In this document: positions 17,086-32,973 of the stretch, one piece after another
Layout of the letters: each line of letters opens with the position of its first letter
How positions within the stretch are numbered: position 1 is the first letter of the stretch
Assembly: GCF_009914755.1 (NCBI RefSeq)
Contig: NC_060938.1
Source: the human T2T-CHM13v2.0 reference genome, Homo sapiens
Direction: 5' to 3' (one strand)
Length of the DNA stretch: 64,000 nucleotides
Made by a program: the position numbers and the translations under genes
The notes under the pieces: generated by a model
Told to the model about the DNA's origin: nothing
Seen by the model: only the letters and a program-made list of their open reading frames with translations
Databases searched by the model: none

Positions 17086-17479
17086 TGATGGATTTATTTT
17101 TTAATGAATTAATAAATACTTTTTAATTAAAAATGATCAGTTCTAATTTTGAACACCATAAATAATAGAACCTGCATAAACCAAAGAAGGGGCCCAAGAC
17201 CAAACAGTTTGAGAATTGGTAATTTATGGAGTACTTACCACCATTTGCTGGGCACTTTCATAAACGATTTGTTGTCAGGATTGTTGGAAGACTAACAGAT
17301 GAGAGAATTGAGGCTCAGAGAAAATAAAGCTGAACCAAGATTTATTTATTCTTTTATTCTTTCAACACTTGAACTGCATTTTTTATAGTTTTCTTTGAAA
17401 CAAAAAAAGTACTTCTGAAATGAACCTTTCTGCCTGCATAGAAATATTACAAGTATTTAAGGTATTAAAGAAATTTGTC

Positions 17480-17802
<323 letters not shown>

Positions 17803-17941
17803 TCAGAGATTAGAGTTCCTGATAACAGCTTTTGCTTCCTTATCTTCTTAGTGAGGTTTTTGTTTTTTTGTTCTTTTAAATCCTAGACCTCACTCTCATA
17901 ATCACTGTAGGATTACCACTAGGAGGGTGTTTTTTGGCTTC

Positions 17942-18260
17942 TTTTATTTATTTTATTTATTTATTTATTTTTTTTTTTTGAGACAGAGTCTTGCTCTGTT
18001 GCCCAGGCTGGAGTGCAGTGGCAGGATCTGAGCGCACTGCAAGCTCCGCCTCCTGGGTTCACACCATTCTCCTGCCTCGGCCTCCCGAGTAGCTGAGACT
18101 ATAGGCGCTCACCACCACACCCGGCTAATTTTTTGTATTTTTAGTAGAGACAGGGTTTCACTGTGTTAGCCAGGATGGTCTCGATCTCCTAACCTTGTGA
18201 TCTGCCCACCTTGGCCTCCCAAAGTGCTGGGATTACAGGCATGAGCCACCGCGCCTGGCC
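17942..18260 (-). mobile_element. AluY-like
   Basis: gcaagctccgcc, gttagccaggatggtctcgatctcc diagnostics. Confidence 0.9.
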
Positions 18261-18884
18261 TTTTTTCTTTTTTTTTTTTTTTTATCCTAGACCTCACCCT
18301 TATAATCATTGTAGGATTACCACTGTGAGGGTAAAACCGTGCATTGAGTTGACATTATTTAATGTTAAAATTGATTTTTTTAAATGATGTGGAGCTTTTG
18401 GGTCTATTTGTTTATTCGATGTTGCTACAAGTTTGTTACTGTGAGTAATTGAAACCTGCCTTTAGCAAGGGTAAAGATGTTCACTTGAGAAATGAGTGTT
18501 ATTTTGAAACTTTGCAAATTAAAACTAAACAAAACTCAATTCTTTTTCTTGGGGAATGTTCAAATATTTCCCATAAGCTTCTTTGAAATTAATAAGCATT
18601 ATTAAAAAGATTCAAGGAAGTGAATGCATGCTCAAGTTTGACCCTATAATTCAGAATGTTTAGTTTTGTAAGTATCAATTATTCTTAATTTCCATTCTTC
18701 TAGTATTTGAAATACCTGTGGAATGAAGAGAAAAAAATTAAAGCTAAGCCATCTTGTCCAATGTAATTCCAGTAGAGCTCTGCGACTCTAAAGCTTAGAG
18801 CTACATCTATATTTTCAAGCACATCAACTTTAAGAAGAAAGTTTTGAGGAAACAAAGTTTTGATCTACCTTTCCTTTTAAATAG

Positions 18885-18999
18885 ATGAAGAACTTCCTGA
18901 TTACATTATGGTGATGGTGGCCAACAAGAAAAGTCAGGACCAAATGACAGAGGATCTGTCCCTGTTTCTAGGGAACAACACAATTCGATTCACCGTATG
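18885..18999 (+). CDS. ZC3H14: ZC3H14 exon 3 (DEELPDYIMVMVANKKSQDQMTEDLSLFLGNNTIRFTVW), PWI-like
   Basis: ttttaaatag| ... TG|gtatgt; 115 nt. Confidence 0.95.
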
Positions 19000-19137
19000 G
19001 TATGTTTCTGAATTTTTGTGCCTCAGACCAAAGTTTGGCACAAGCCTGAGTTGATATTCTGTCCAAAGAGAGGTTCTTGACACTTGAGTTAGGTTTACTT
19101 TGGAGAGGCAGTTTGTGAGTGATGAGAGCACAGCCTC

Positions 19138-19513
19138 TGTATTAGTCCATTTTCACAGTGCTATGAAGAAATACCCGAGACTGGGTAATTTCTAAAAGAA
19201 AGAGGTTTAATTGACTCAGAGTTCCACATGGCTGGGGAGGCCCCAGGAAGGGGAAGCAAGCACCTTCTTCACAAGTCGACAGGAAAGAGAAGAGTGAAGG
19301 AGGAACTTCCAGAGACTTATATAAAATCATCAGATCTTGTGAGAACTCACTGTCTCTTGAGAACTCGGGAACTCACTGTCTCTTGAGAACTCACTATCAT
19401 GAGAACATCATGGGGGAAACCACCCCCATGACCCAGTCACCTCCCTCCCTTGACAGGTGGGGATTACAATTCAATATAAGATTTGGGTGGGGACACAGAG
19501 CCAAACCTTATCA
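19138..19513 (-). mobile_element. THE1/MST MaLR solo LTR
   Basis: TG..CA ends (tgtattagtccatttt..ccaaaccttatca) with 5-bp TSD gcctc. Confidence 0.9.
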
Positions 19514-19737
19514 GCCTCTGAAGCCAGACAGCCAAAGTTGAATCCTGGCTGTGTCTTGCCTTGGTTTCTCTAGCTATAAAATGGAAATAGTACAGCCACT
19601 TGCTTTATAAAATTATTATTGAGGATCAAATGGGCTAATATGTGTAAAGTACTTATAGGTGTCCCTAGCATTTTCCTAAGGAATTCTTAGTATATGTCGG
19701 CTATACTTAATATGTTTCTTTTGTAAACTTCTATATC

Positions 19738-20013
19738 TTTTTTTTTGAGACAGGGTCTTGCTCTGTCACCAGGCTGGAGCACAGTGGTACAATCATGGCT
19801 CGCTGCAGCCTCGATCTCCTGGTTTCAAGTGATCATCCCATTGCAGTCCCCTCCTTCCTGCACTCCCATGCCTGACTAATTTTTAAATTTTTTGTTCAGA
19901 CAGGGTCTTAGTATGTTGCCCTGGATGCTCTTGAACTCCTGGGCTCAAGCAGTCCTCCTGCCTTGGCCTTCAGAAGTCTTGGGGTTATAGGTATGAGCCA
20001 CTGCACCTGGCCA
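19738..20013 (-). mobile_element. AluJ-like
   Basis: Diverged antisense dimer. Confidence 0.82.
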
Positions 20014-21681
20014 GCTTCTGTATCTTATAGTTCCTTTTCCCCCACCAAAACCAGTTACAGATGTTTTTTTGAACTGGGTTGGCTTCTTACATTGCCTTTT
20101 ACAATGAGTTACCTTTAGAGGGCAAGGTTTTCTGTTTCTCACTTTTCTGTTTCTTACTTTTTAAGCTTTTTGTTAAACTCACACCTTCATTTTGAGTAAT
20201 AATTGTAGTGTAATGTTACAGCATATTTTGAGATTATAAGTTTTTTTAAGTTTGGAATTTTAAAATAGGCAACTTTGCTTTTATACATAAATTACTGTTA
20301 TATGCCTTTAGTTGAGAATACTGACTAGAAGAGTAAGATTCAACTTAAGATGCTAGGTCCTGGTACCAGGTTTGAGGTAAAGTGAGGATGAGGGCTGGAG
20401 GATAATGATGTAGCTGAGAATAGACAGACGAAATACTTTATTAGGCTTCTCAGGCTAGGAACTACCAGTTACCGTGAAAGGTGATGATGTAGCAGAAGTG
20501 AGCAAGTGGCCTGCCGAATTTGAGTGCAAGAGGAGGCACTGAGTGGGGAGATGAGCCTGGTTAAGTTCTTGCGTTTATACCAAAGGTCGTCTTCAAGGTG
20601 TTTTTGCCCAAGTAGGCAACTGTATGCTTATCAACCGTCTTGAAATTGTGCACAGAATTCTCTGGGTTTATACATTGCACAAATTTGAAGAACATTGTAT
20701 AGTGGTCATCAGTTGTTATGATACACTGCTGCCTCACTGTGGGTGACCCAACCCATTTGTTACAATTTGTCCCCAGAGGTTATTCCCTCCCAGCCCCCCG
20801 CAAAAAAAGACTGTGGGTCTTTTGACTGGGAAAATTACCATTATTGTGAGTACTATTTTTTTTTCTAAAGCGACCGAGTAGATCCTTTTCTCCGATAACT
20901 TGATAGAATACTTAGATTTTTAAAACAGACTACCAAATGAATTTAAAACCAAATTAATTCAACATTCTCATCTGGCCATAAATTGAGTTCTTTAACATGT
21001 AGTGAAGCAAAGGGTGATGTCCCCATTTTGGCACTTTGCTTTCTTAAGTTAGTGTTCATTAACACCAGCCCCAAACAGACTATTGTGATTATTTGGAGCC
21101 TTGAAGTAATTGTGTCCGTGGGGACAGTAGCATGTGACTAGGGTTCTCATTGAAACATGAGGTTTCTGGCATATTTTGAGAGGTACTGGGAAGGGATGTA
21201 AGGCAAAGTACCTCATTTATAACTACCAAAACAGGTTATGTTACAAGCAAGATTACAGCCTTACAGCATCAGTTTTGAAAGTAATAGAGTGAAATGATAT
21301 AGCATAGTTTGAGATTATAACTTGTTTTAACCTCTCAGAATTAAGTTGTCCAAGACACCATCTAGTTTAAGCAGTTAATATAAGCTGCTTAAATGATGGT
21401 AATAATAAGCAATATTACATGTTTATGATACTTGTTTTACTGTAAGCTACAGTAAATCTTTAGTACTTACAAACAGGGTGACATATTTTGTAGACTAAGA
21501 CTGGTCAGATGATATTCTTTCCCATATTTTTGCAGAGGCTAGATGTTGAAAACAGTGAAGAAAAAAATACAATTTTTTATTGACTTCTGTAGGATTTATA
21601 CAAAGCCCTTTTTTAAAAATGTGAAGTTTGAAAGTTAATACCATTTATTCACTAAATACAGTTTATCAGTATTTATCTCAG

Positions 21682-21830
21682 CTAGGTGCGGTGGCTCACG
21701 CCCGTAATCTCAACACTTTGGGAGGCTGAGGCAGGTGGTTCTCTCAAGTCCAGGACTTCAAGACCAGCCTGGACAACACAGTGAAACCCCATCTCTATTT
21801 AAAAATAATAAAAATATAAAAAAATTTAAA
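21682..21830 (+). mobile_element. Alu left monomer/FLAM
   Basis: ggtgcggtggctcacgcccgtaatc.. followed by A-rich tail. Confidence 0.8.
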
Positions 21831-21929
21831 AAATTATCTCTGAATATAATGTCATAAATTTAGAGTGACAGTTGAAATGAGATCTTTCTTAACAGAAGGT
21901 TTATTTTTGTTTTTTGTTTTTTTCCTCAG

Positions 21930-21970
21930 GCTTCATGGTGTATTAGATAAACTTCGCTCTGTTACAACTG
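21930..21970 (+). CDS. ZC3H14: ZC3H14 exon 4 (LHGVLDKLRSVTT)
   Basis: tttttcctcag| ... G|gtaaga; 41 nt. Confidence 0.95.
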
Positions 21971-22527
21971 GTAAGATTCATAACATTTTTTTTTTTAATT
22001 TCTGCTTGCTATGGCATATGATTTGTTTCTTTCTAAAGTCATAGTGCTTTGGGAAAAACCCATCAATTTCAAAACGGTTCATTTGAACTTTTTTAGAAAG
22101 CACATACTTTTATGAACTTAAGAGCAGTAAATTTAACATAATTCAAAGATAATTTAAGTGTGGGAGAGGGAGCAGTGCACTTTATCCGAAGGAAATAATT
22201 ACATATATGTGCAAAGATTTAGCCTCAAGGATATTTCAGTATTTTATAATTGAAAACAATTTAAAAGTTCAGTCATAATAAACGAAATTGTTGTATTACC
22301 ATGTGTGGAATAATATTTAACTATTAAAAATAATGTTGTGGAAGAATAACAGAATATACACGCATAAGATACATGTTTTAAAAAATGTGTATATATGCTC
22401 TTCCCCCGAAAAATCACCTTTGAGATAATTGGTGATTTTTATTATATTTTTAAAATTTTCTACAATAAACATACTGCTTTTGAATTGGTGATGAGGAAGG
22501 AAACGACTTAAAGTAATAAAAATAGAT

Positions 22528-22873
<346 letters not shown>

Positions 22874-22877
22874 TCAG

Positions 22878-23073
22878 AACCCTCTAGTCTGAAGTCTTCT
22901 GATACCAACATCTTTGATAGTAACGTGCCTTCAAACAAGAGCAATTTCAGTCGGGGAGATGAGAGGAGGCATGAAGCTGCAGTGCCACCACTTGCCATTC
23001 CTAGCGCGAGACCTGAAAAAAGAGATTCCAGAGTTTCTACAAGTTCGCAGGAGTCAAAAACCACAAATGTCAG
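22878..23073 (+). CDS. ZC3H14: ZC3H14 exon 5
   Basis: tttttcttttcag| EPSSLKSSDTNIFD..SKTTNV AG|gtaaga; 196 nt. Confidence 0.95.
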
Positions 23074-23425
23074 GTAAGAGTCTGGTGTAGACCTGCTGGG
23101 GGCAGATGGCTCTGTGTATGTGACATTTATATTAGTTTTTATATCTTTCAGTTTGCTGTTCTCAGCAATTTTTAGAAACAATGAAGTGATCGTGAGTAGT
23201 TTTTTGAATAAAATAATGGATAAGATCTAAGTATGATTATCTTTTATCACAAATTTAGTAAATCAAAGTTGAAAGAAAGTGCAATTTCAAAGCAGTTTTG
23301 AATGGAATATGTAAAGGGAGTATCCTCAGTTTTTTCATTGAAATTTTTCAAGTAAACATTCTTTAAAGATTTGGTGATAATTGCCCTAATTTGGCTGTAA
23401 TACATTTTGTTGTTCTTTTAAATAG

Positions 23426-23855
23426 ACAGACTTACGATGATGGAGCTGCAACCCGACTAATGTCAACAGTGAAACCTTTGAGGGAGCCAGCACCCTCTGA
23501 AGATGTGATTGATATTAAGCCAGAACCAGATGATCTCATTGACGAAGACCTCAACTTTGTGCAGGAGAATCCCTTATCTCAGAAAAAACCTACAGTGACA
23601 CTTACATATGGTTCTTCTCGCCCTTCTATTGAAATTTATCGACCACCTGCAAGTAGAAATGCAGATAGTGGTGTTCATTTAAACAGGTTGCAATTTCAAC
23701 AGCAGCAGAATAGTATTCATGCTGCCAAGCAGCTTGATATGCAGAGTAGTTGGGTATATGAAACAGGACGTTTGTGTGAACCAGAGGTGCTTAACAGCTT
23801 AGAAGAAACGTATAGTCCGTTCTTTAGAAACAACTCGGAGAAAATGAGTATGGAG
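23426..23855 (+). CDS. ZC3H14: ZC3H14 exon 6
   Basis: ttttaaatag| QTYDDGAATRLMS..EKMSME GAG|gtttgt; 430 nt; codon 154 is CGA at 23454-23456. Confidence 0.95.
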
Positions 23856-23946
23856 GTTTGTATGTACTTTTAAATTCTGGCTTAGGCTAAAAATCGGCAG
23901 TTCTTGATACCAAATAATATATGAAGTAACTAAACACATATTCCAA

Positions 23947-24764
<818 letters not shown>

Positions 24765-25087
24765 CCAAGTTTATTTTTAAATTGTTTTATCTGCTGTTTC
24801 TCATGCTATACCAGATTTTCCTCCCCATGGCTTGCTCCTAGAGTTCTTTTGTATCACATCTGTATACCTTTTTGGGATTTCCAGCATTTGAGATATTAAT
24901 CTTAAATTAATTTGGGGGGTTTCAATCAATTTTAGATTGTTCATGGTAATTGCTAGTGAGCAACCAATTAACTCTGTTTTATTAGTTTCCTCAATAGCAC
25001 TATATGCAGCTGTTGATAAAATAAATGTAAAGTTCTAATTTTTGTTTTAGCTAAAGGTTGACTGTTAGGGATAATATTTATATTTAT

Positions 25088-25390
25088 AGTATTTATTTAT
25101 TTATTTATTTTGATACGGTGTCTCACTCTGTCGCCCAGGCTGGAGTGCAGTGGCATGATCTTGGCTCCCTACATCCTCCACCTCCCGGGTTCAAGTGAGT
25201 CTTCTGCCTCAGCCTCCCGAGTAGCTCGGACTACAGGCACATGCCGCCACGCTCAGCTAATTTTTGTATTTTTATAGAGACAGGGTTTCACCATATTGGC
25301 CAGGCTGGTCTCGAAATCCTGACCTTGTGATCCGCCCACTTCGGCCTTCCAAAGTGCTAGGATTACAGATGTGAGCCACCACACCCAGCC
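25088..25390 (-). mobile_element. Alu (S-type)
   Basis: Full antisense dimer. Confidence 0.9.
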
Positions 25391-25540
25391 TCATATTTAT
25401 ATTTTTACATAAAACCAAGAAATACTCTGTGAATTTCTCATATTACTGTGTACTGTTTTTTTCTTAAAATGGAAACATTTTGTGGTAGAACTCTTGTTAT
25501 TTTCTGAGATTAGGTAAGCATAAATTTTATCTGATTGCAG

Positions 25541-25701
25541 GATGAAAACTTTCGGAAGAGAAAGTTGCCTGTGGTAAGTTCAGTTGTTAAAGTAAAAAAA
25601 TTCAATCATGATGGAGAAGAGGAGGAAGAAGATGATGATTACGGGTCTCGAACAGGAAGCATCTCCAGCAGTGTGTCTGTGCCTGCAAAGCCTGAAAGGA
25701 G
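25541..25701 (+). CDS. ZC3H14: ZC3H14 exon 7 (basic NLS-like RKRK/KVKK, acidic run)
   Basis: gattgcag| DENFRKRKLPVV..KPER AG|gtacct; 161 nt. Confidence 0.95.
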
Positions 25702-25785
25702 GTACCTTGAACATGGCTGTAAATTAATCTTTAACTGCCTTGGTGGAGTCTTCCTGATTTATTGAAGAGAATAATCACGAAAATA

Positions 25786-26084
25786 ATTTTTGTTTGTTTT
25801 TTGAGACGGAGTCTCGCTCTGTCAACCAGGCTGGAGTGCAGTGCCACGATCTCGGCTCACTGCAACCTCTGCCTCCCAGGTTCAAGTGATTCTCCTGATT
25901 GAGCCTCCTGAATAGCTGGGATTATAGGTGTGCACTACCATGACCAGCTAATTTTTGTATTTTTAGTAGAGATGGTGTTTCACCATGTTGGACCAGGCTG
26001 GTCTCGAACTCCTGACCTCAGGTGATCTGCCCTCCTCAGCTTCCCAAAGTGTTGGGATTACAGGCATGAGCCACCGCACCTGAC
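25786..26084 (-). mobile_element. Alu (Sx-like)
   Basis: Full antisense dimer. Confidence 0.9.
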
Positions 26085-26259
26085 ATAAATATTTAATGTA
26101 ATACCGTGTAAGACTTTTCCATTGGGTTTTGAGAAACACGTTAATGAGAGAAATTGCTTAACATTGGAGAGGATTGCAGAGAATATTGACTAATATGGTG
26201 GGGTGAGGAGGAACAACATCAATTAAGATTCAGATTTATTATTTAAAAAAACTAAAAGG

Positions 26260-26540
26260 GGCCTAGGCATGGTGGCTCATGCCTGTACCTAGCACTTTGG
26301 GAGGCTGAGGCAGGAGGATTGCTTGAGACCAGGAGTTCGAGACCAGCCTGGGCGATGTAATGAGTCTTTGTCTCTTAAAAAAAATTAAAATAAATTAGTT
26401 GGTCATTGTGGCAGGCACCTGTAGTCCTGGACTGGAGAGGTGGATGTGGAAGCATTGCTTGAGCCTAGAAGTTTAAGGCTGCAGTGACATCACACTCCAT
26501 CCTGGGTGAGAGAGTAAGAGTCTGTCTAAAAAAAAAAATA
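26260..26540 (+). mobile_element. AluJ-like
   Basis: Diverged dimer with A tail. Confidence 0.82.
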
Positions 26541-26687
26541 AGGTTCCAGTGTAGTTGGCATTTTCTAAAAACTGCAGCTAGTCTGTTTAAAACCTAGAGA
26601 AGGTTGTGGTAAAGGCATAATAGATGGCTGGCCTGTGAGGAACTGAAATTTAAAGTTTAATAAAAATACCTTTCTTAACTCTTGTAG

Positions 26688-26788
26688 ACCTTCTCTTCCA
26701 CCTTCTAAACAAGCTAACAAGAATCTGATTTTGAAGGCTATATCTGAAGCTCAAGAATCCGTAACAAAAACAACTAACTACTCTACAG
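26688..26788 (+). CDS. ZC3H14: ZC3H14 exon 8 (PSLPPSKQANKNLILKAISEAQESVTKTTNYST)
   Basis: ctcttgtag| ... CAG|gtaatt; 101 nt. Confidence 0.95.
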
Positions 26789-27608
26789 GTAATTTAAATG
26801 TATTATGTTTACACTTGGTAAGACATTTCTGTAATTCTTGAGTAAGGTGAAAATGATTGCTCCTTAAATTGTAAAATAAAGGTGCCTGTCAGATGTCAAG
26901 ACCAAGATGAGGTTCCCATATAGAAAAATGGCTTTAAAAGGAAATTGACAAGTTTGAGAAACTTCGCCAACTGTTATTGGACTGTAGTTTTTCAAGCACC
27001 ATATAATGCCTTTTATATCTTTCCAATGTGTGTAAAATATATAGTACGTAAATATTTTGAAGAGAATTTTGATGAAGTAGGACTTTCATATTAGTAGCAT
27101 TAGATTCAACATTAGATATGAATTTACGATGTGTAAAGGGGAGTACAATTGGACAATGATAGGTATCTGAAGTTATAGAAATTTGTTAAACAGTAGTATA
27201 TAAACAAGGTTGGTTTCTTCCCTTTTGGCGGAACTCATTAGTAGAATATAAGGCAGAGAATTGACTCATTTGTGATGTTCCTGCTCCAATTCTAGTGGAA
27301 GTACTGAATAATTTTATGAGAGAATATAAAAGTATTACGTTTTCAAAACAGGAGATGAATCAGCTGTAAGCTGGTCTTACGGAAAGCTGATTCTGAAATG
27401 CAAACAACTGATGGGTGTCATTTTGTGTTGTCAAATTCTGTACTCTCTGGCCGACCTGTTGTAGCCAATGTGTAAACTTGTGTTAAGAAGCTGATGGTAA
27501 TGAGCTACTCTAAAAAGATTTAAGTTTTGCTGTGGATTTGGTGGGTGTACTTACAGCATTGCCCTGCTTATCCACTCTCTCGCTTTTTTTTGTGACCCCC
27601 CTTCCTAA

Positions 27609-27942
<334 letters not shown>

Positions 27943-28402
27943 CCATCAGTTTTTGATCCTGATACTTGTCTGTCCTCTTGGTTCTCCTCATCCCTAATTT
28001 AACCTTGAACACAAAATTCAACAGGTTTTGGCATATAGAATAAAGATTATCAGGCAAAGGCGCACTCTTGACCTAATGATATATCTACATTTCATTTCCT
28101 GATCTATCAGCAATATTAATTGTCTAGAATGATGAGAAGTTTAGAGAAGTTCCATGACTTTGAAATTTTCTTTCTTTACCTAGGTTATCTAAATTACAAT
28201 TTGAAACTCATATAAGATCATGAAGCTAAGCTTAAATAAACCGCATTTTGTTGAAAATGAATACATATGTACTATATTGTATTCATGGTATGTGGTTGTA
28301 TGGATATTGTTTACATATGTTTGGATAAATAGGTTCAGGTATCTATCTCAGTAACGTAAGAAAAAATGAATGGTATCTATGGATTGAACTCCTCATATAT
28401 AT

Positions 28403-28716
28403 GTTCTTTTCTTTTCTTTTTCTTTTTTTTTTGGAGACAGAGTCTCACTCTGTTGCCCAGGCTGGAGTGCACAGTGGTGCAATCTCGGCTCACTGCAACC
28501 TCCGCCTTCCGGGTTTAAGCAATTCTCCTGCCTCAGCCTCCTGAGTAGTTGGGATTACAGGTGTGTGCCACTATGCCCGGCTAGTGTTTGTATTTTTAGT
28601 AGAAACGAGGTTTTACCATGTTGGCCAGGCTGGTCTCAAACTCCTGACCTCAAGTGATCCACCCACCTTGCCTCCCAAAGTGCTGAGATTACAGGCATGA
28701 GCCACTGCGCCCAGCC
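28403..28716 (-). mobile_element. Alu (S-type)
   Basis: Full antisense dimer. Confidence 0.9.
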
Positions 28717-28832
28717 TGAACTCATATGTCCTAAACCAAAGGAGGCATTTATATTTAATATGACATAGTCACTGTGGAGTTTTGACGTATTACTGCATTT
28801 GTATTTCTATCTTTTTTGCTTTTATGTGAAAG

Positions 28833-28988
28833 TTCCACAGAAACAGACACTTCCAGTTGCTCCCAGAACTCGAACTTCTCAAGAAGAATTGCTAGCAGAA
28901 GTGGTCCAGGGACAAAGTAGGACCCCCAGAATAAGTCCCCCCATTAAAGAAGAGGAAACAAAAGGAGATTCTGTAGAAAAAAATCAAG
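28833..28988 (+). CDS. ZC3H14: ZC3H14 exon 9
   Basis: ttttatgtgaaag| VPQKQTLPVAPRT..VEKNQ G|gtaata; 156 nt, phase 1-1. Confidence 0.94.
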
Positions 28989-29159
28989 GTAATAACTTAA
29001 ATGATGTTTCACTCTTTACTACAGTTTTTTCATGAGGCATTGAATATTTTCCAATGGATTTTTATGAAATATTACACTATGAAAAAAGTGATGATTAAGC
29101 CCAGAAATAGAATGAGAAGAATACCATGAGGAAGGTTCATACCAACACTTCAGAAAAAA

Positions 29160-29293
29160 ATTTTTTTTTTAAAGAGGTAGGGTCTTGCTGTGTTGCCCAG
29201 GCAGTCCTCAAACTCCTGGGCTCAAGCAGTCCTCCTGCCTCAGCATCCTTAGTAGCTGGAGGTGTGTACAAGTGTGTGCCACTGCACCCAGCC
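29160..29293 (-). mobile_element. FLAM/Alu monomer
   Basis: gggtcttgctgtgttgcccagg..ctcctgggctcaagcagtcctcc. Confidence 0.75.
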
Positions 29294-30729
29294 CTTTCTA
29301 GAAATTTTTGAAAGTCTTTTTATTGTGGAAATTTTTAATATTCTCAAAAATGGAAAGGCTAGTACAGTGAACTCTCATGAACCCAGTCATTAAGCCTTAG
29401 TTATTATCAGAATTTTGCTGGTCTTTAGATAGCTCCTTCTTAAAGATATATTTATTTCTGCATTCTTTCTTTTTCTCTTTTTGTTGATCCTACCCGTTTA
29501 CCTGAACTTGAAATTTTAGTTACCTTTAAATCTCCCGTCTCTTAAGCATCCTGTCTCTGACCTCCCATATGTGTCCCAGCAACCCTAATTTATCCCCTCG
29601 TGCCTAACATACTTCAGTTTGCTTCCAGGTTTTTTTTTTTTTTTTTTTTTTTTGCTTTTTTCTCAGCTTTCTCCCCCAATTCCTATACAATCTTTTGACT
29701 TTGAAAGTGTGTCTCTCATCTTCTGACTCCTTTGTGAAAGTATCTCTCCCCTCCTCCTCATTACCCAGAACTAACGCTATTAGTTTGGACTTTTGGTGTC
29801 TGTTATCTGACCCCTGGGCCTGCACAGCCCTTCTCCATGACTCTTCAGACCTTTTGTCTCTTTTGTCGTCAAGAAGGATTCTTTTTTCTTCTGTTTCTTT
29901 TTCTACTAAGATTTGAATTTTAAGACCCCACCAAAAAAATCTATATGCTTATTATGTTATTTCTCACATACTTTTCAAGAACCTTGGAATATATTTTTTC
30001 ATTTCTTCAAAACTGTCCTTTAAATTGTTCCAGGTTTCATGAAACCTTATGATTTCAGAATTGTCAATTCTGTATTTGTTTCCTCATTGTGTCTCTTTAA
30101 AAATTTTTGACTGTATTGTTCAGTTTGCCATGACAGCGTTATATACTATTCTGATAATTGATAGGCCTGAGGACAAGACCTGTTTGGTCCCCAAACAGCA
30201 GATAGGTACCAATTGGAAAATGTGAATGGGCCAAATTGAGAAGAGGAGCTGAAACTGAGGAGGGATTTTGCTCAGTGCAGTGGCAGATGAGGCTGATCTA
30301 AAAGGACTGCAGTGGTCTACTCCCTGTGGAGTCTGTAGTGTGTTGCACCAAGGTTTTCTTCAAACACAGGACTCTACGTGAGAGTCTTGGAGTGGAATCA
30401 GATGGAGCAGGGAAACAGACAATAGAGAAAAGGAAAGAATGTCAGATAAAAATAGGAGAGGAAAACAATAGGAAATCTCAAAGCAAGGTGCCATATTTTT
30501 TAACATCACAAAATCAACAGAAGAAGGTTGTTGATTCTGAAGTTAGAATAGCTATCCAAAGCAAACTTTCCCCTAAAATGAACAACAGAAAAGTATCAAG
30601 GTCAAGTCCTGTGCCGAATTAAAAGATAAAAGGGAATAAAAGACAAAACAGCATTGTTTCAATGAAAGCATGCTGAAAGGTATACCAAAAAGAAATACAA
30701 TTTCAAAGTGAGCTAGAAGACATTATTTA

Positions 30730-31191
<462 letters not shown>

Positions 31192-31339
31192 TTAGTGCGT
31201 CTTAATAAAATAAAACATGCGTGTAATCCCAGCAATTTGGGAGGCCAAGGCGGGAGGATCACTTGAGGCCAGGAGTTGAAGATCAGCCAGGGCAACATAG
31301 CAAAACCTTATGGCTACAGAAAACAGCAATTTAAAAATA

Positions 31340-31950
31340 AATAAAATTAAAACATCTTCAGAGAAATTGAAGATAAAAGACAAGAACATTTTAAAAGTCT
31401 AAAAGAAAGGGCTCATGAGAAAGTGGCAAATATTGATAATAGGCAATAGAAATACAGTGTTTTTATAGTAGGAATCTCCAAAGAAACAATATTCAGAGGA
31501 ACAGAGCAAACATTAACTGTCTTTCAAGAAAACTTTCATGAAGTGAAAACATGTTTGAAACTGTTGTCTGAAAAATTGTACAGTATACCTGAGAATATTT
31601 ACCCAGAACCATAACACTAAGATGTATTATATAATTAATGAAATTTTAAAAAGAAAAAAAATGATTTGGACATTCAGGCAAAAGGGGCACATGACTTAGA
31701 AGAAAAGGAAAGGTAGATTATCATCAAACTTTTCAACAGCATCACTTTTGTGCTGGAAGAAAATGGACTAGCATATTTAAGATACTCCAGAAAAGAAAAT
31801 GTGAGCCAAGAATTTAATGTCCAGCAAAAGTGACCTTTAGAAGTGATCCAGCACCAACTGTTATCTATATGCAGAAATTCAGAGACTCATTCCCATGAAC
31901 TTTTCTTAGGAAATCTAATGGAGGATGAGCTTCAGACAAGTAAAAGCCTG
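31340..31950 (+). mobile_element. Ancient L1/HAL1 ORF1-region fossil
   Basis: Decayed ORF1 C-terminal motifs (agattatcatcaaacttttcaacagca; atatttaagatactc; tgtgagccaagaatt..ccagcaaaa); frameshifted. Confidence 0.65.
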
Positions 31951-32128
31951 TTGTCCTGAATTTACATTGGAAATGTTTCGGAACTCACAGTGTATTTTAT
32001 ATATAAATACATTTTTTTCTAGTTCTGTCTACTAGAAGGCATAGAAACATTCATCAACCCTTAGCATCATCTGTAGTTCCCAGATTGTGGTCTTGGAATA
32101 CTTCCTATTTAAAAAACTAGGCTTCTTG

Positions 32129-32489
<361 letters not shown>

Positions 32490-32824
32490 TTAACATGATC
32501 CTGGAATGGCTCAACATCCCAGATAGCAAAGAAGCTGTCAATGAATGGTAGACCACGTCCAAAGGATGCAGGCGCCAACTTAGAGGTTTCCATTGGCCAA
32601 AAATGGAATTATTTGAGATTCAGTAGGTGTAAATATCGCGGTGAATTAAAGCCCATTTAAATCCACAATTTCATAATGACATTTAAAAAAAATAAGCTCT
32701 AACTAGTCACCTTCTGGAAGGTAGTAGATAATCATTCATTGTCTTGAAAACTGGGTAAATAAAATAATTGAACATTTATGCTGTCTTTTCTGTGAGAACG
32801 ATACCACTGGGTAACCCCATAGGA

Positions 32825-32973
32825 CAGGAGTTGGCATCTGTTGGAACCAAACCGTGCCTATTCATGTATGTATTGTCCGTGGCTACTTTCATACTACAGC
32901 CTTAGTTGAATAGTTGCAACAGACCATATAGCTTGCATAGCCTAAAATAGCCTAAAAGATTTGCCAACCTCTG
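32825..32973. mobile_element. MER58-like hAT MITE
   Basis: Inverted ends caggagttggca..tttgccaacctctg. Confidence 0.6.
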
